NCBI GenBank assembly: GCA_964016885.1
Contig: OZ024743.1
Location: forward strand, 342,860,001 to 342,924,000
Source: Eledone cirrhosa
Lineage: Eukaryota
Reading direction: 5' to 3'
Length of the DNA stretch: 64,000 nucleotides
Part shown: one piece after another, positions 13,783 through 26,077 of the stretch
How the letters are laid out: each line of letters begins with the position of its first letter
How positions within the stretch are numbered: the first letter of the stretch is position 1
Notes under the pieces: model-generated
What the model saw: the letters and a program-made list of their open reading frames with translations, nothing else
The model's database searches: none
Told to the model about the DNA's origin: nothing
Program-made: the position numbers and the translations under genes

Positions 13783-14000
13783 GGGCGGTGAATTGGCAGT
13801 ATCAGTAGAGGGTCGAACACCATGCTTTGCAGCAAAGAGTTATGGCCCTTTGTGATCTGAGTTCAAATCGCGCCAAGGTTAACTTTACCTTTTATCCTTA
13901 CGGGGTCGATAAGATAAAGAACCAGTCACGCACTGGCGTCGATTTAATCGACTTTCCCCTCCCCCAAAAATTGATGGCTTTGTGCCTATATAAGAAACCC
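13783..14000 (+). mobile_element. SINE family A
   Basis: gggcggtgaattggcagtatcagtagag head through ttgtgcctata tail. Confidence 0.85.
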
Positions 14001-14350
14001 TTATTTTACTGCTCTTAAACAATGGATTTAGGCCATGCTGAGGCATCGTCATGCTGGTTTACGTTTTTGTAACACGACAGCTTCGTAAAGATGCTATGAT
14101 CGTATAAAATGTGCTACATTGATTCATATTGGAAATTATAGTAGTGTTAAAGCACCAGTGATGAACTGGGATAATTGCTGGCCTTGTGCCAAAAGTAGAA
14201 ACAGTTATTTTACAACCTCAAATTCAGTGGTGGTGATTATCTATAATAATTATTGCTTCCTCGAATCAGCTATATTTTCAGCATATTAAATCAAATGGAT
14301 AATAGTATTGGATACTTAAGGCACTTCCTTCCATTCTGGTATTCAATGTA

Positions 14351-15235
14351 CGAGGTGTGTCAGAAAAGTTCCAGGACTGATGTCACAAAAGATTTATTTC
14401 AAACCCAAACTTCACACTAAGAGCTTTCTCCTTCAAAGTAATCCCCCTGGAGTCTAATGCACTTTTCCATACTTTTCTGACACGCTTGCATGCACTCCTG
14501 GAAGGATTCTTCCGGGATCCTCCGCAGTTCCATCGTCACGGCCTTTTTGATGTCGTCCACGTCTTCAAAACGGGTCCCCTCCAGGTCGTACTCGAAGATC
14601 CATGACTCATCACCGGTGATGACTGTCCCTAGCGAGTCTGGTTCGGTTTCAAGACGCTCGAGGATGTTCTGGCACACTTGCATGCGTCGACCCTTCTGGT
14701 CATCGTTCAGCAGTTTTGGCACCATCTTCGCGCAGACTTTCCGCATGTCCAAATCTTCAGTGAGAATCTTCCAGACGCTGTCCCGATTCATGCCCAGCTC
14801 ATTTGCCATCAGTCGAACAGTCAGCCGACGATCGCTACGCACCATCCGCCTGACGCGCTCAACGTTGACTTCAGTCCTGGTTGTTGAGGGCCTTCCACTC
14901 CTGGGTTCATCTTCCACGTCCTCGCGTCCTTCTTTAAACCTCTTGCACCACTCAAAAACACGTGAGCGTGACATCGTCTCATCTCTGACGGAGTTTCCCC
15001 AACCGTACCAGAAACTTCAAGTTTGTTCGTTGCTCTGTGCTCATTGCTTGACGACCTGAAACAGAAGACATGTATATAAAATTATGAAGAAAAAAGTTTG
15101 ATCGCTGCAGAGAGCTAAGATTACAGTTACATACTCCAGGGGGATTACTTTGAAGGAGAAAACTCTTAGTGTGAAGTTTGGGTTTGAAATAAATCTTTTG
15201 TGACATCAGTCCTGGAACTTTTCTGACACACCTCG
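14351..15235 (-). mobile_element. Internally deleted mariner transposon with ~103-bp TIRs and TA TSD
   Basis: TA|cgaggtgtgtcagaaaagttcc...ggaacttttctgacacacctcg|TA; transposase remnant with EDEPRSGRP, AKMVPKLL, ITGDESW; remainder of the DD34D domain deleted. Confidence 0.95.
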
Positions 15236-17051
15236 TATTATCCCATTTCCTTTTAACAACCTGAAAATCATCGGTTGGAGATTGATGTATCACGTGGTTT
15301 GATCGTTTAATTATGGAATGACTCTATACTCAAACAACATTCCCTAAACAAAATATTCCCTGTTTTCAAGCCTCATGCCCGCACTAAAAATCAACATTAA
15401 GAAAAATCCGTTTTAACTACGATTTGTTCGGTTTTGAGACATTGCCCAATTTCAGCAATTATTTTTTTTATATAGTTGACTATTTTTTCTACGTGTGAAA
15501 TGCAAGGAATCTAGATGACATTCACAGTACAGTGTATAACAATTCGATAATAATTTACTCTCCATGTTGCTTCCATGCTATCCTGACCTGTGCAATATGA
15601 GCATGGCTCATTAAAATTGATCTCCACATAACCATCTGCTACATTTTTCTCTTAAAATATCATATATCAACTTTATCTTTCCTTTTAAAACTTAATCAAA
15701 TAACACATGCAACAGTTTCATTAGAAACAATTCCTCTATAGAAACCCATTTCTTAGAGGTTTTGCATTACACTTACCCCAAATCTCATTCTGGTCTGTCA
15801 CATTAAACCAATATACGTTCGACAAGAAACTGTTCTTTTTCTTGCAGATTACAATAGCTGCATCCATAAAAGGAAATGTATTTTGTAGTGTGATAACAGT
15901 CTGAAAAATAATGAAAATGTCAACTTAGGTGATGTTATAAATAATATGTTTCAATGAAACGTCAAAGTAAAATCAAACTCGGTTTATAAAATAATATAAG
16001 CTGTTTTATAGAGGATTTTAGTTTTTATCTGTTATTTATTTTTTATGTTTTTCAAACTAATCCGTTTATATGATATTTTGTGGTATTAGCCTTCTGAAAG
16101 AAATGTTATAAAATCACACATTATCTTTCATATTTATAGAAATAGAAAATACAATTTGTTTTATAAAACTTGGGGACTTGAAGTCTGCAATGAGAAGCAA
16201 TGATGTTTTAGGTTATCACCATCACTAAAGTTGAAGCTATGAAGCGTCAGTGCAAGGAATGTTGCTCATTTCTAATATGGATTAATGTAGCATGGTTTAT
16301 GTTATCATAGCAGTTTTATGAAACTCATTTTACATTTTAATAAACGGAATTGTGCTTCTGGTACAAACGTTTCTTCTTCTTCTTCTTCTTCTTCTTCTTC
16401 TTCTTCTTCTTCTTCTTCTTCTTTTTCTTTTTCTTTTTTTTTCTATCCAACCATCTTACTCGGAGTCTACCTCTGGGTCTCCTGCCAGTTGGTTTTGTCC
16501 GTAAAATATGTTCACCGATTTTTTTCTGACATTCTAATCACATGTCCGTAGTATCGGAGCTGTGATCTATCAAACATAAACAATCTTTTAAATATAAACA
16601 ATCTTGTATGCCTAACAGTATGTCTAGAAAATGCATGATAATGATGATTTAAAACTAGGCGTTAGTTCCATATACATGTACACTAAGTAAAATGATAAGC
16701 AATATAATATTGAAAAGCTTCAACAACGCCTTTGTCTCGAGATTAAATTGATGCTTGGTTAAAATACATGAAATAGGACATTACTACTATATATATTCTT
16801 GGAAAAGAGACATCTCATTCTTATGAATTATTGCTATTTTCCTTATTAATAACTGAACTAAGCCCTGTATTGGTCAGAAGATATCTTTCTAAGATCCTAC
16901 AGGAATTGATATTGCATACTTATGTATCCCAGTATCCCACTTTTGTCCAACGTATTGAACTAGCAGATAGATACAAAATAGTTGAAGTCAATGTAAATGT
17001 TTAGACATATATGTCTTTCATTGTGTCTGTGCATGTATATGAAAGTCAGTA

Positions 17052-17206
17052 CAGTGAAATTCCTTTATACCTAAATTCACGGGGTATAAAAAAATTCGTT
17101 GTTACGAAAAATTCTTATATTGAGATCGACCTAACACATCGAGCGTGTGGCCGGGTATTGAAAGAAATTCGTTATAATGGCATTCGTTATAACGGAATTT
17201 TACCTT
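17052..17206. mobile_element. pogo/Tigger-like MITE
   Basis: TA|cagtgaaattcctttata ... tataacggaattttacct, imperfect TIRs. Confidence 0.5.
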
Positions 17207-18247
17207 TATATATATTTAATAGAAGCCAGGAAACTCCCTTTGGATTTCATTTCTATTTCATTGTTATTATATCACTGCTTTCCAGCACTTATGCAACTAT
17301 TTTCTATATGCTCATTAAATACCGTTCAGCTTGCTAACACAAATACATTTCAACTAATTGTTTCTCCCTCTTTAACAGTCTTACAGCCTTGAGCCCCTGC
17401 CAAGATCATAGATAAAAATGATTCATAAAATAGTTTATGTATCACTACATTGCATTCATTAATTGTTCTGTAAAAGCATCAGTAAAATGTTCATTAAATG
17501 ACATAGGACTAAAACACCGGGGGCGGGACGTACGATTTGTAGAAATCACAGCTCTCATTGGGAGGTTACATGCATACAATTAGATTCAAAATGTTAATCA
17601 ATGAGCCTTTCCGTAATTATGAAAGCTACAATAAGTGTAGGAGGATTGTGGATATCTGCTACGGTAGTCGAGCCATGAAGATGAACATCAACATTCCTTG
17701 TTTCTCTGTTGAAATACTTTCTTCATTACAAGTTATTTGTTTCTGTCTTTGAGACACTTTTACAATTTGTTAGAAGCCATCTTTCCCAGTAGGTATGTGT
17801 GTTTGAATAAACTTCCCATTCTTCCTCTTCTCCAACGAGGTAAATCATTATCGGTAGAGGGTCGGACATGCTTTCCAGCATAGTTACGTCCCTTTACGAT
17901 CTGAGTTCAAATCCGGCCGAGGTTAGAGAAACAATTATTTCCTTCTTGTCATCTACAAAGAATTATAGTTACTGTTGCTGCTGTGGTTCTTATAGCTGCC
18001 TGTGTCATTGAATGTATCTTCAGAACTAACCAAACTTTAATCATCTCTCAAGCACCAGTCTCCAGTGATATGCGGCAATGATACATGTCGTATTTCTTTC
18101 CTTAATTACCGATGCACTAAAATACATTTAAAAACTTTTCTATGGGAGGAATTCAGCTTGAATTCAGCTTATTAAAATAGTTTTACTGTTGTTTATTGCT
18201 TGCTAAATAATTAAAACACCTAACATTTATATTGTCTAGACGATAAT

Positions 18248-18431
18248 CAGATCTGCCTCTTCTAAAAATCCAAACGGGGAGTACCATGAAAAAAGGTACC
18301 CCAAAACGGGGAGAAATGAGGCGATTTTACATAAGGAAAGCTATACACATTTTCACAAGAGAAGACATCTCTCACTCACCCCAAAGTGGGTAGGAGATCT
18401 CCCTCTCGGACGGGGAGAGTTGACAGGTCTG
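18248..18431. mobile_element. Short TIR element, homolog of 10689-10885
   Basis: Ends in ggggagagttgacaggtctg; internal similarity in reverse complement. Confidence 0.65.
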
Positions 18432-19011
18432 AAATATAAAAACAATGACTTCATCCTTCTTATTAAGAAGTGAAAACTTGCATAATAATAATACAAAAAC
18501 AGCAAGCGACTAATTTGCTCCATCCCACATCCTGGAATCTGAGGCGAAGGTGAGGGTCACTGGATCCGTAGCCGAACAGAATAGAATTCTCAAATACCAA
18601 GAACTAGTGACAAACTACTTTTCGGTCTATGGCGTTCGAGGGGTTTGAGGGAACTGAGCCAATGACAACAAAGTTCTTGTCATTGTTGACGACTCGCCAT
18701 AACAATGTATCAGGTGATGTCTGGGAGGTGGGTTGATTATTCCAGCACCTTAGCATAGTTGTCACCCGTGAGAATGTCGTCAATGCGTTGGCTTGCCTTA
18801 AAAATTATTAGAGGAAAATTCCAGCCTCTTTGAGCCGTGTAATTTAATGTGTCATTTCTCCCACTTTTGCCCCTTTTTTTTTATTCATAGCTATTATTTA
18901 TTTGTATAGGTGATTTTGTGCAGTAAAGAGACTTATGTACTCACTTATGTACTTTAAAAAAATGAATATGCATATATTCCTATTTAAAATATTTTAATTT
19001 GGGTAACAGTA

Positions 19012-19286
19012 ATTTGGGGGGAGGGAAAGTCAATTAAATCGACGCCAGTGCATTAATGGTACTTTATTTTATCGACCCCGTAAGGATGAAAGGCAAAGCT
19101 AACCTCAGTGGGATTTGAACTCTATTCTGCAAAACATGGCGTGGTAACAGTAAATAATTGTTTCTACGTTAGGCACAAGGCCAGCAATTACCCAGTGCAT
19201 TACTGGTACTTTATTTTATCGACCCCGTAAGGATGAAAGGCAAAGCTAACCTCAGTGGGATTTGAACTCTATTCTGCAAAACATGG
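19012..19286 (-). mobile_element. Two tandem SINE family A copies sharing the same internal deletion
   Basis: ggtactttattttatcgaccccgtaagg...gaactctattctgcaaaacatgg.gtggtaacagtaaataat occurs twice. Confidence 0.8.
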
Positions 19287-19334
19287 TGTGGTAACAGTAA
19301 ATAATACAAAAAAAAATGTAGCAATAGAATACCA

Positions 19335-19650
19335 TCGTTTCGACGATGAATGTGCCAGTTGTCCGATCAACGGAACAGTCTGCTCATGAAATTAAGGAGT
19401 AAGTGACTCAGCATTCTACAGACACGTGTACCCTTAACGTAATTTTCACGGAGATTCAACATGTGGCAAAATTTGCCCTTTAAATTACAGGTACAGTCCA
19501 TCTGACGGGCCCACAAACAAAATTCACTCACACGACATGGGTCGACCCGGGGCTATGGGAAATAACACTTGCCCAAGAGACCATGTAATGGGATCGAATC
19601 CGGGATCTTATGATTGCGAAGTGCATTTCTTAACCATCTGACCATACCGT
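19335..19650 (-). mobile_element. tRNA-derived SINE family B (related copies ~11645-11945, ~36995-37322, ~38105-38390)
   Basis: Minus head tggtcagatggttaag...ggattcgatccc, then ttgggcaagtg (CORE-like) and a shared gtacacgtgtctgt tail. Confidence 0.65.
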
Positions 19651-19705
19651 ATACACTAAATTGTAGAAATACATTAATGCAACTTATGTAATTGTTATCA
19701 CATGG

Positions 19706-19791
<86 letters not shown>

Positions 19792-20348
19792 AGCAGTGTG
19801 GCCAAATAAAATTTGGCACACAGAAACTGTGTGGAAGCCCGCTGAATGAACTTTACCCGTAATTCTATGATGCAGTTGAGGATACACGTGTCTAAGAAAT
19901 ACTCATTTTACACGCAAATTCATTGAGTAAGTCGTCGTTCTCGACGGGAGAGTCCAACATTGTTTAAGAAAATGTTATTTTAATTCATTTAATAATATTT
20001 TGTTTCGGGTATGCATTTCCTTTTTAATTTATTTAGATTCTTTGTATTTATCCAGTTTAAAAGTTTGCGGTGTATGAACCAGGAAATATGGATAATGTCT
20101 AAATTTGGAATTATGGACGATGTCTTCAATCTAGTATAGAGATGTTGTTTATAATTGACTTTGTTTAAATGAGTGTATTGGTAACGAGTTTGGCATTCGA
20201 TGGCCTAATTCCCTGTATTGCCATTGAAATTTGAAAAAATGTTTTGTAGAATGAATTTTAGTCCTTTGGTGATGAAACCTTTTTTTTTTTTGTTCATCAT
20301 CATCACCATCATCATCACCATCACCATCATCACCATCATCACCACCAC

Positions 20349-20385
<37 letters not shown>

Positions 20386-20399
20386 TTCTTCTTTTTCTT

Positions 20400-20760
20400 C
20401 TTCTTCTTTTTCTTCTTCTTCTTCTTCTTCTTCTTCTTGGGAGGGGCGTGGTGGCAGAGTCCATAGACACACCTTCTCGAGGGTCTTCAGACAAGCCTTT
20501 TTCCGAAGCAACTGTCCCTAATTGATCCAGTTGGATCCCCAAGCAAGACCAACTGAGCCCGGAGATGTTATCCAACCATCTTTTCTGTGGTCTACCTCTG
20601 GGTCTCCTCCCAATTAGATTTGCACGTAAATTCTGTTAATTGATTCCTTCGGATTCATCCAAATGTTTTCTGGAATAACGTTACTCGATATGGTGTGTAG
20701 CTCGGCGATCAAGGAGTCACTCCAAGTAGAACCACTACTTCTCCGAAACAAGATATCACG
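20400..20760 (-). mobile_element. RTE-clade LINE 3' end with (GAA)n tail (relatives at 16446-16570, 39330-39640, 54218-54475)
   Basis: Minus translation GRRPRGRPQKRWLDNI followed by a GAA microsatellite tail. Confidence 0.7.
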
Positions 20761-21252
20761 ACTCCTATACTACGTACATATGGTTATTTAATGTGTCATT
20801 TAATAAAATCAAATAGAAAATATTTTTTCATATGAATAAATTCTCTCTCTAAAATAATTTTTGTTTCATTTAATGCCTTATTAGATTTAAAGTGGCGGCG
20901 AGTGCCTGTAAAATATAGGTATGGGTGCCGTGTTGTTTGGAAAACGATATAAGGGGTCCGTAACGAAATACGTTTGCGAACCACTAGTATAGGTCGACCA
21001 TAGAAATGTATATGATTATTTTTTTCATGTTCTTTTCGTTCCTCTATAATAAATAGAATAATAAGAGAATTGTTAGGGTTAGAGAATATAAAGAATAGGT
21101 ACTAAAAAGTGTGTTGCGGGGTAACAAAACAGTATGTGTAGTTAGAATTAATAGCATCGATCCATGGCTGAAACTATTCCACTTTACTGACTTCGGTAAT
21201 ATTCTTTGAAAACATTAACAACTGAACCCCTTTTATATATATATATATATAT

Positions 21253-21661
21253 ATTGAAAATTAGGATTGGTGCTCTGAAATAGCGATGTATACATGAATG
21301 TATGTATACATGAATGTATGTGTAGTATATTTGACAATATACTGTATGTTTAATTAAAAATATTTTGAAGACCTGGCGCTATTATTTTAAAGTAGTGACT
21401 ATGTCAATTACTTCTTTTTTCAACAAGGGAAGGGAGATAAGCTAACAGATCTGTTTCAAACTGTTGGTGTTCATCAGAGCTTAGCACTCGCCGACCTTTG
21501 TTGAAAATTATAGAAGATGGATTCTTATAGAATTCCAATAATAATCAGGAACTGATTATACAGAGCGATTGCCGGTCCAGCAAAAATTGAAAATTAGGAT
21601 TGGTGCTCTGAAAGAGCGATGTATACATGAATGTATGTATAGTATATCTGGCGATATACTG
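21253..21661 (-). mobile_element. Non-coding hammerhead element with ~333-bp period partial tandem repeat in (TA)n (retrozyme-like or solo pLTR)
   Basis: attgaaaattaggattggtgctctgaaa... at 21253 and 21586; internal hammerhead; (TA)n on both sides. Confidence 0.75.
21438..21483 (-). ncRNA. Minimal type I hammerhead ribozyme
   Basis: Minus: taagct CTGATGA acac-caaca-gttt GAAA cagatctg TT agctta; 6-bp stem I, palindromic stem III, GUU triplet. Confidence 0.85.
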
Positions 21662-21680
21662 ATATATATATATATATATA

Positions 21681-21926
21681 AATGAATAATAACAGGTAGA
21701 CATCATAAAAAGGTAATTTATTCTGTGTGCTTACAAATGTTTCCACGGTGGTTATACAGCCTAGTTATGCTCTGATGATACAGTAGTCGCAGCATTTGAT
21801 AATTGAGTTTTGCAAATAGTTATAAATTTGCACATAGCATAACTAGGCTGTATAACCACCGTGGAAACATTTGTAAGCACACAGAATAAATTACCTTTTT
21901 ATGATGTCTACCTGTTATTATTCATT
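21681..21926. repeat. 91-bp perfect inverted repeat with 64-bp spacer
   Basis: 21681-21771 is the reverse complement of 21836-21926. Confidence 0.95.
21768..21879 (+). ncRNA. Hammerhead ribozyme motif with long, decayed stem II
   Basis: tgct CTGATGA tacagtagtc...aaccaccgtg GAAA catttg TA agca; stem II deviations are transitions. Confidence 0.55.
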
Positions 21927-22077
21927 CTTTATCTACACTCCGGAATACAGAAGGGTCAGGAACTGGGTTTCTTCAACTATTCTTCCATAACTCGTTGAGT
22001 AACCCCTCACCGTACGTCAACTCTATATATATATATATATATATTTAAAAGAATAGAGGTGTAACACACGAGTTATG

Positions 22078-22853
22078 ATATATTGGTAAAAGGAAAAGAA
22101 AATGCTGACAAATTGTTCCCAGTGAAAAATAGTTTAATTAGGAATAAGTAAAAATTAGTAATAAGTAAAAATTAGTAATAAGTATTGGTTAGTATTCAGT
22201 TTTGGTTTTAAGTTTTTACCGGTTGCGCATTTCTAATGCTTTTCAAAAATAATTTTGAGATAGAGCGCCCGTGATGTTTGCTCTAATCTGATTAGTTTTG
22301 GAAATTCTACCTGTTTTATGTGAAAAACGTGGCTCCAGATGTATTAAAATAAGTTTCGCGCTAATTTGTGTTGCAAAAACTCTTGTGGTCAAAACAATTT
22401 TGATTGGTCGGTAGAGGTCATGTGAATGTTAAAAATTGATTTTGCGCCAAATGTAGGTTTGTCTCGGCTGATTGAGAAGTCACTGAAAAATAAGTCTTTT
22501 AAGACAAATATGTGTGTGTGTGTGTGTGTGTGTAGTAGTAGTAGTAAAGAGGTTCATTGTTGTGATAATGGTCAGTAGCGATGTGTGTGTGAATTGCAGT
22601 CATGTTGACAGGTCAACAGTTCAGGTGCCTATTAAGACAAGTGGGTGTGTGTGTGTGTGTGTGTAGCAGAGTAATTCGTGGTAGAGGGATCGGTCAGTAG
22701 GAATGTGTCTGTACGTGTGTGGGGGATATTTTAACATGTTAAAAGATATTTTTCAGCTCTTGTCTTATACGGAGAAATGTGTGTGTGTGTGTGTGTATAT
22801 ATATGTCTCTTTGTATGTTAGTGTACGCGTGTGTATGTGTGTGTGTATATATA

Positions 22854-22884
<31 letters not shown>

Positions 22885-25584
22885 GTGTGTGTGTGAGGGT
22901 GGACCAGTATTTTTGTGATACTAGTAAAAATGGTGTACAATATTCGATATTTTCAGTAAAAACGATTCTCTCAATAGAACATCAAAAACCTTAATAATAA
23001 AAGGTGTGAAATGATAGATAGTATTGTCATAACATCAAGGTGTGTGTGAGTGTCCAGATTGTACGTACTGCAAGGGGAATCCATTAGGCCCTGCCGTATT
23101 GGAATACTTGTGTACAAATATGTATGTGCCCATCAGTGTGCAATGCATGTGTGCGTATATGTATGTGTGTGTGTCGGCACGTTTATATCTATAGACATCA
23201 AAAGGTATGCAAATTTGTGTATATTTGTGTTGCACCATAGAACACGTGTGTTTGCGTATGTCATTGTGTTTATATGTGGATAGAGATGTATGTAGGATGT
23301 ATGCTGATGTAGGTATGTATGTTGACGTGTGTATGTTGTGGGTTCGTCTTAGGAAGAAGTGTTTAGACGGGGCCCGTATTTGTTAATAAAGTGAGATTCC
23401 TTGCTGATGCGCTGGGTGTGGGTGGCATTATCTTTAAATTTGTAGAGGGGAAAGATTCTGAAGTTGGGATGATTTTGGGCGGCACAGATATCAATGTGTT
23501 CACTCAGTGGTATTTTCTTGTGTTCCCGTATTTTAATTTGGGATCTATGGACAGTCATGGGTTGGCGGAGGATGTTTTTGGTCTGGCCTATGTATTGTTC
23601 TCGACAACCTGAGCTAGTTAATACATATATTAGATTTTCTGATGCGCATGTGAAATTGTGTTTTACTATAAAACGTTGTCCTTCTTTGAAATAGAATTCC
23701 GAACCCTCTATTAGGTTGATGCATATGCCAGAGTTGGGTCTATCGCATTTTTTTACTGTGGGTTTCGTTGTTGTGGTTGGCAGTACTTTGGCATGTGTTA
23801 GGATGTATTTCATTGACTTAGATTGTCTTTTGCTCTTTATGATATCGTGTGTTCGTAGGATTTGGTTCATTCTATGGTCCTTTTTTAACGCAGGGATGTT
23901 CTGGGGGATGGTGTTAAAGGCCTCATTGTTGAGGGGGTTGTGTGTGGAGATGTATGGAAGAGCTTTTAGTTTCGGTTGATTTACTTTAGGGTGTCTAAGG
24001 TCCTGGGTACTGAGTTTTAGGGCACGTTGGATTCCATTGTCAATTAGTGATGCAGGGTAGTCTCTGCCTATGAGTGTGTCCTTTAGTTCTTGTAGCCGTG
24101 AGTAACAGGTGTTTTTATTGGAGACTATAGTACAGATTCTCTTGGCTAAGTTGTAGGAAATATTAATTTTAACGTGTCTAGGGTGGCAAGAGTTGGAAGA
24201 TATTGCTTGGAGTCTGTGGGCTTGTAGTATATGTCTGTTTCTATTTTTTTATGAATCTTAATGAGGATGTCGAGGAAGGGGAGTTGTTGATGGCTGTATT
24301 TCATCGTAAAGTTAATATTCGTGTTGAGCCCATTTATAAGGGTGTGAAATTCTTTAAGTTTCTCGATGTTTTCGTGCCAAAGGATGAAGCAGTCATCTAG
24401 ATATCGCTTCTAGTTCCTTTCTATGTGTAAGTGGAGAGTGTTTCCAAATTTGTTTAGTACTTTAGTGTAGAGGGTGATTTCCAGGTATCCCATGACTAGG
24501 TTAGCATAAGTGGGGGCTGTTTTCGTTCCCATAGCGGTCCCAGATTTCTGCCTGTAGGATTTGTTATTGAAAACGAAGTAATTGTTCTCCAAGATAAATT
24601 TGAGTCCCTCTATCACGAATTCTTTTTTGATGCGTTGTGGTAGTTCATTGTGGTAATTATCCAGCCAGAATTGGATAGCTTCTATTCCTAGGTTGTGGGG
24701 ATGTTGGAGTATAGGTTGATTACATCGAACGTCACTAGTAGGGTTTGTTCAGAAAGGGCCATATTAGGGAGGTGATTGAGCATATCTAGGTCGTCCCTTA
24801 TATCGCTTTTGATGTGTTTCAGAAAAGGCTTGAGAAGGGTATCAATGAAGTTGCTAAGGCGGTTGGTTTCGCAAGCGGGGTCTGCTATTATAGGTCTTAA
24901 TTTGAGATCATTGGGTGAGGGGACATTGATGATTATGTCTGTGGCTTCCTTGCATACCTTACTTATTAATTCGCTTTTATGTACTTTAGGGATACCGTAG
25001 AAAAGGCTGGATTTACTTGTGAAGTAAATCCAACCTTTTCTACCTGAACTGTTGACCTGTCAACATGACTGCAATTCACACACACATCCCTACTGACCAT
25101 TATCACAACAATGAACCTCTTTACTACTACTACTACACACACGCACACACATATTTGTCTTAAAAGACTTATTTTTCAGTGACTTCTCAATCAGCCGAGA
25201 CAAACCTACATTTGGCGCAAAATCAATTTTTAACATTCACATGACCTCTACCGACCAATCAAAATTGTTTTGACCACAAGAGTTTTTGCAACACAAATTA
25301 GCGCGAAACTTATTTTAATACATCTGGAGTCCCGTTTTTCACATAAAACAGGTAGAATTTCCAAAACTAATCAGATTAGAGCAAACATCATGGGCGCTCT
25401 ATCTCAAAATTAATTTTGAAAAGCATTAGAAATGCGCAACCGGTAAAAACTTAAAACCAAAACTGAATACTAACCAATACTTATTACTAATTTTTACTTA
25501 TTACTAATTTTTACTTATTCCTAATTAAACTGTTTTTCACTGGGAACAATCTGTCAGCATTTTCTTTTCCTTTTACCAATATAT
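22078..25584 (-). mobile_element. 5'-truncated Penelope-like retroelement with inverted pseudo-LTRs
   Basis: 22078-22626 and 25042-25584 are near-identical inverted repeats enclosing an RT plus GIY-YIG coding remnant; TA-rich flanks. Confidence 0.93.
23349..25035 (-). pseudogene. Penelope-like RT-GIY-YIG polyprotein pseudogene
   Basis: FYGIPKVHK, RPII, LVTFDVINLY, GTAMGTKTAPTYANLVMG, RYLDDCFI, Cys-rich linker, LIYVL...YIGQT...HRSQI...ESHFI...PRLN; in-frame TAG at 24410 and frameshifts. Confidence 0.92.
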
Positions 25585-25623
25585 ATATATACTTATATCT
25601 GACGTCTTCTGAATTGTGTACGC

Positions 25624-26063
25624 CAGGGGTCTCAAATACGCGGTCCACAAAGTACTCTTCTGTGATCCGCAGCAGAACAATCTTTGTGACTAATATTTTC
25701 CTAAAACTTGGGAATTTGTCCCACATCCTTTCTATACACTTGCAATTTTCCAATGAAATACAATAAAATGGGAAAAAAAAGAAACAGAATTTATGAAAAG
25801 TGAAAACGGAAAAAGAAATTTACCAAGAGTAAAATCCTGATTAAGGAAAATTTGAAATGCAAAATTTATTCCCCTACATAGTTCCCATATGCCACTTTTT
25901 GATGAACAAAAAATAAATAGCAGCCCATCAGCCGTATTGCAGATTAGTATTATAACTGGTGGAAATCACGCTCCCCCCCCCTTACCTCATCTCACTTTTG
26001 GCCCACTGTTCCCCTCTCCCAGGATGTAATGCCTCGTCTGAGTCCTTGAGTTTGAGACTCCTG
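25624..26063. mobile_element. hAT (Charlie-like) MITE
   Basis: caggggtctcaaa / tttgagactcctg ends; imperfect 8-bp TSD gtgtacgc / gtgtaaac. Confidence 0.7.
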
Positions 26064-26077
26064 GTGTAAACAATATA

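Noticed and set aside
14417-14974. 185-aa ORF as a functional transposase or SETMAR-like gene
   Set aside because: N-terminus frameshifted, second and third catalytic aspartate regions deleted, no SET domain
20149-20575. Poly-E/poly-D ORFs
   Set aside because: (GAA)n and (GAT)n microsatellite tail of a LINE fragment
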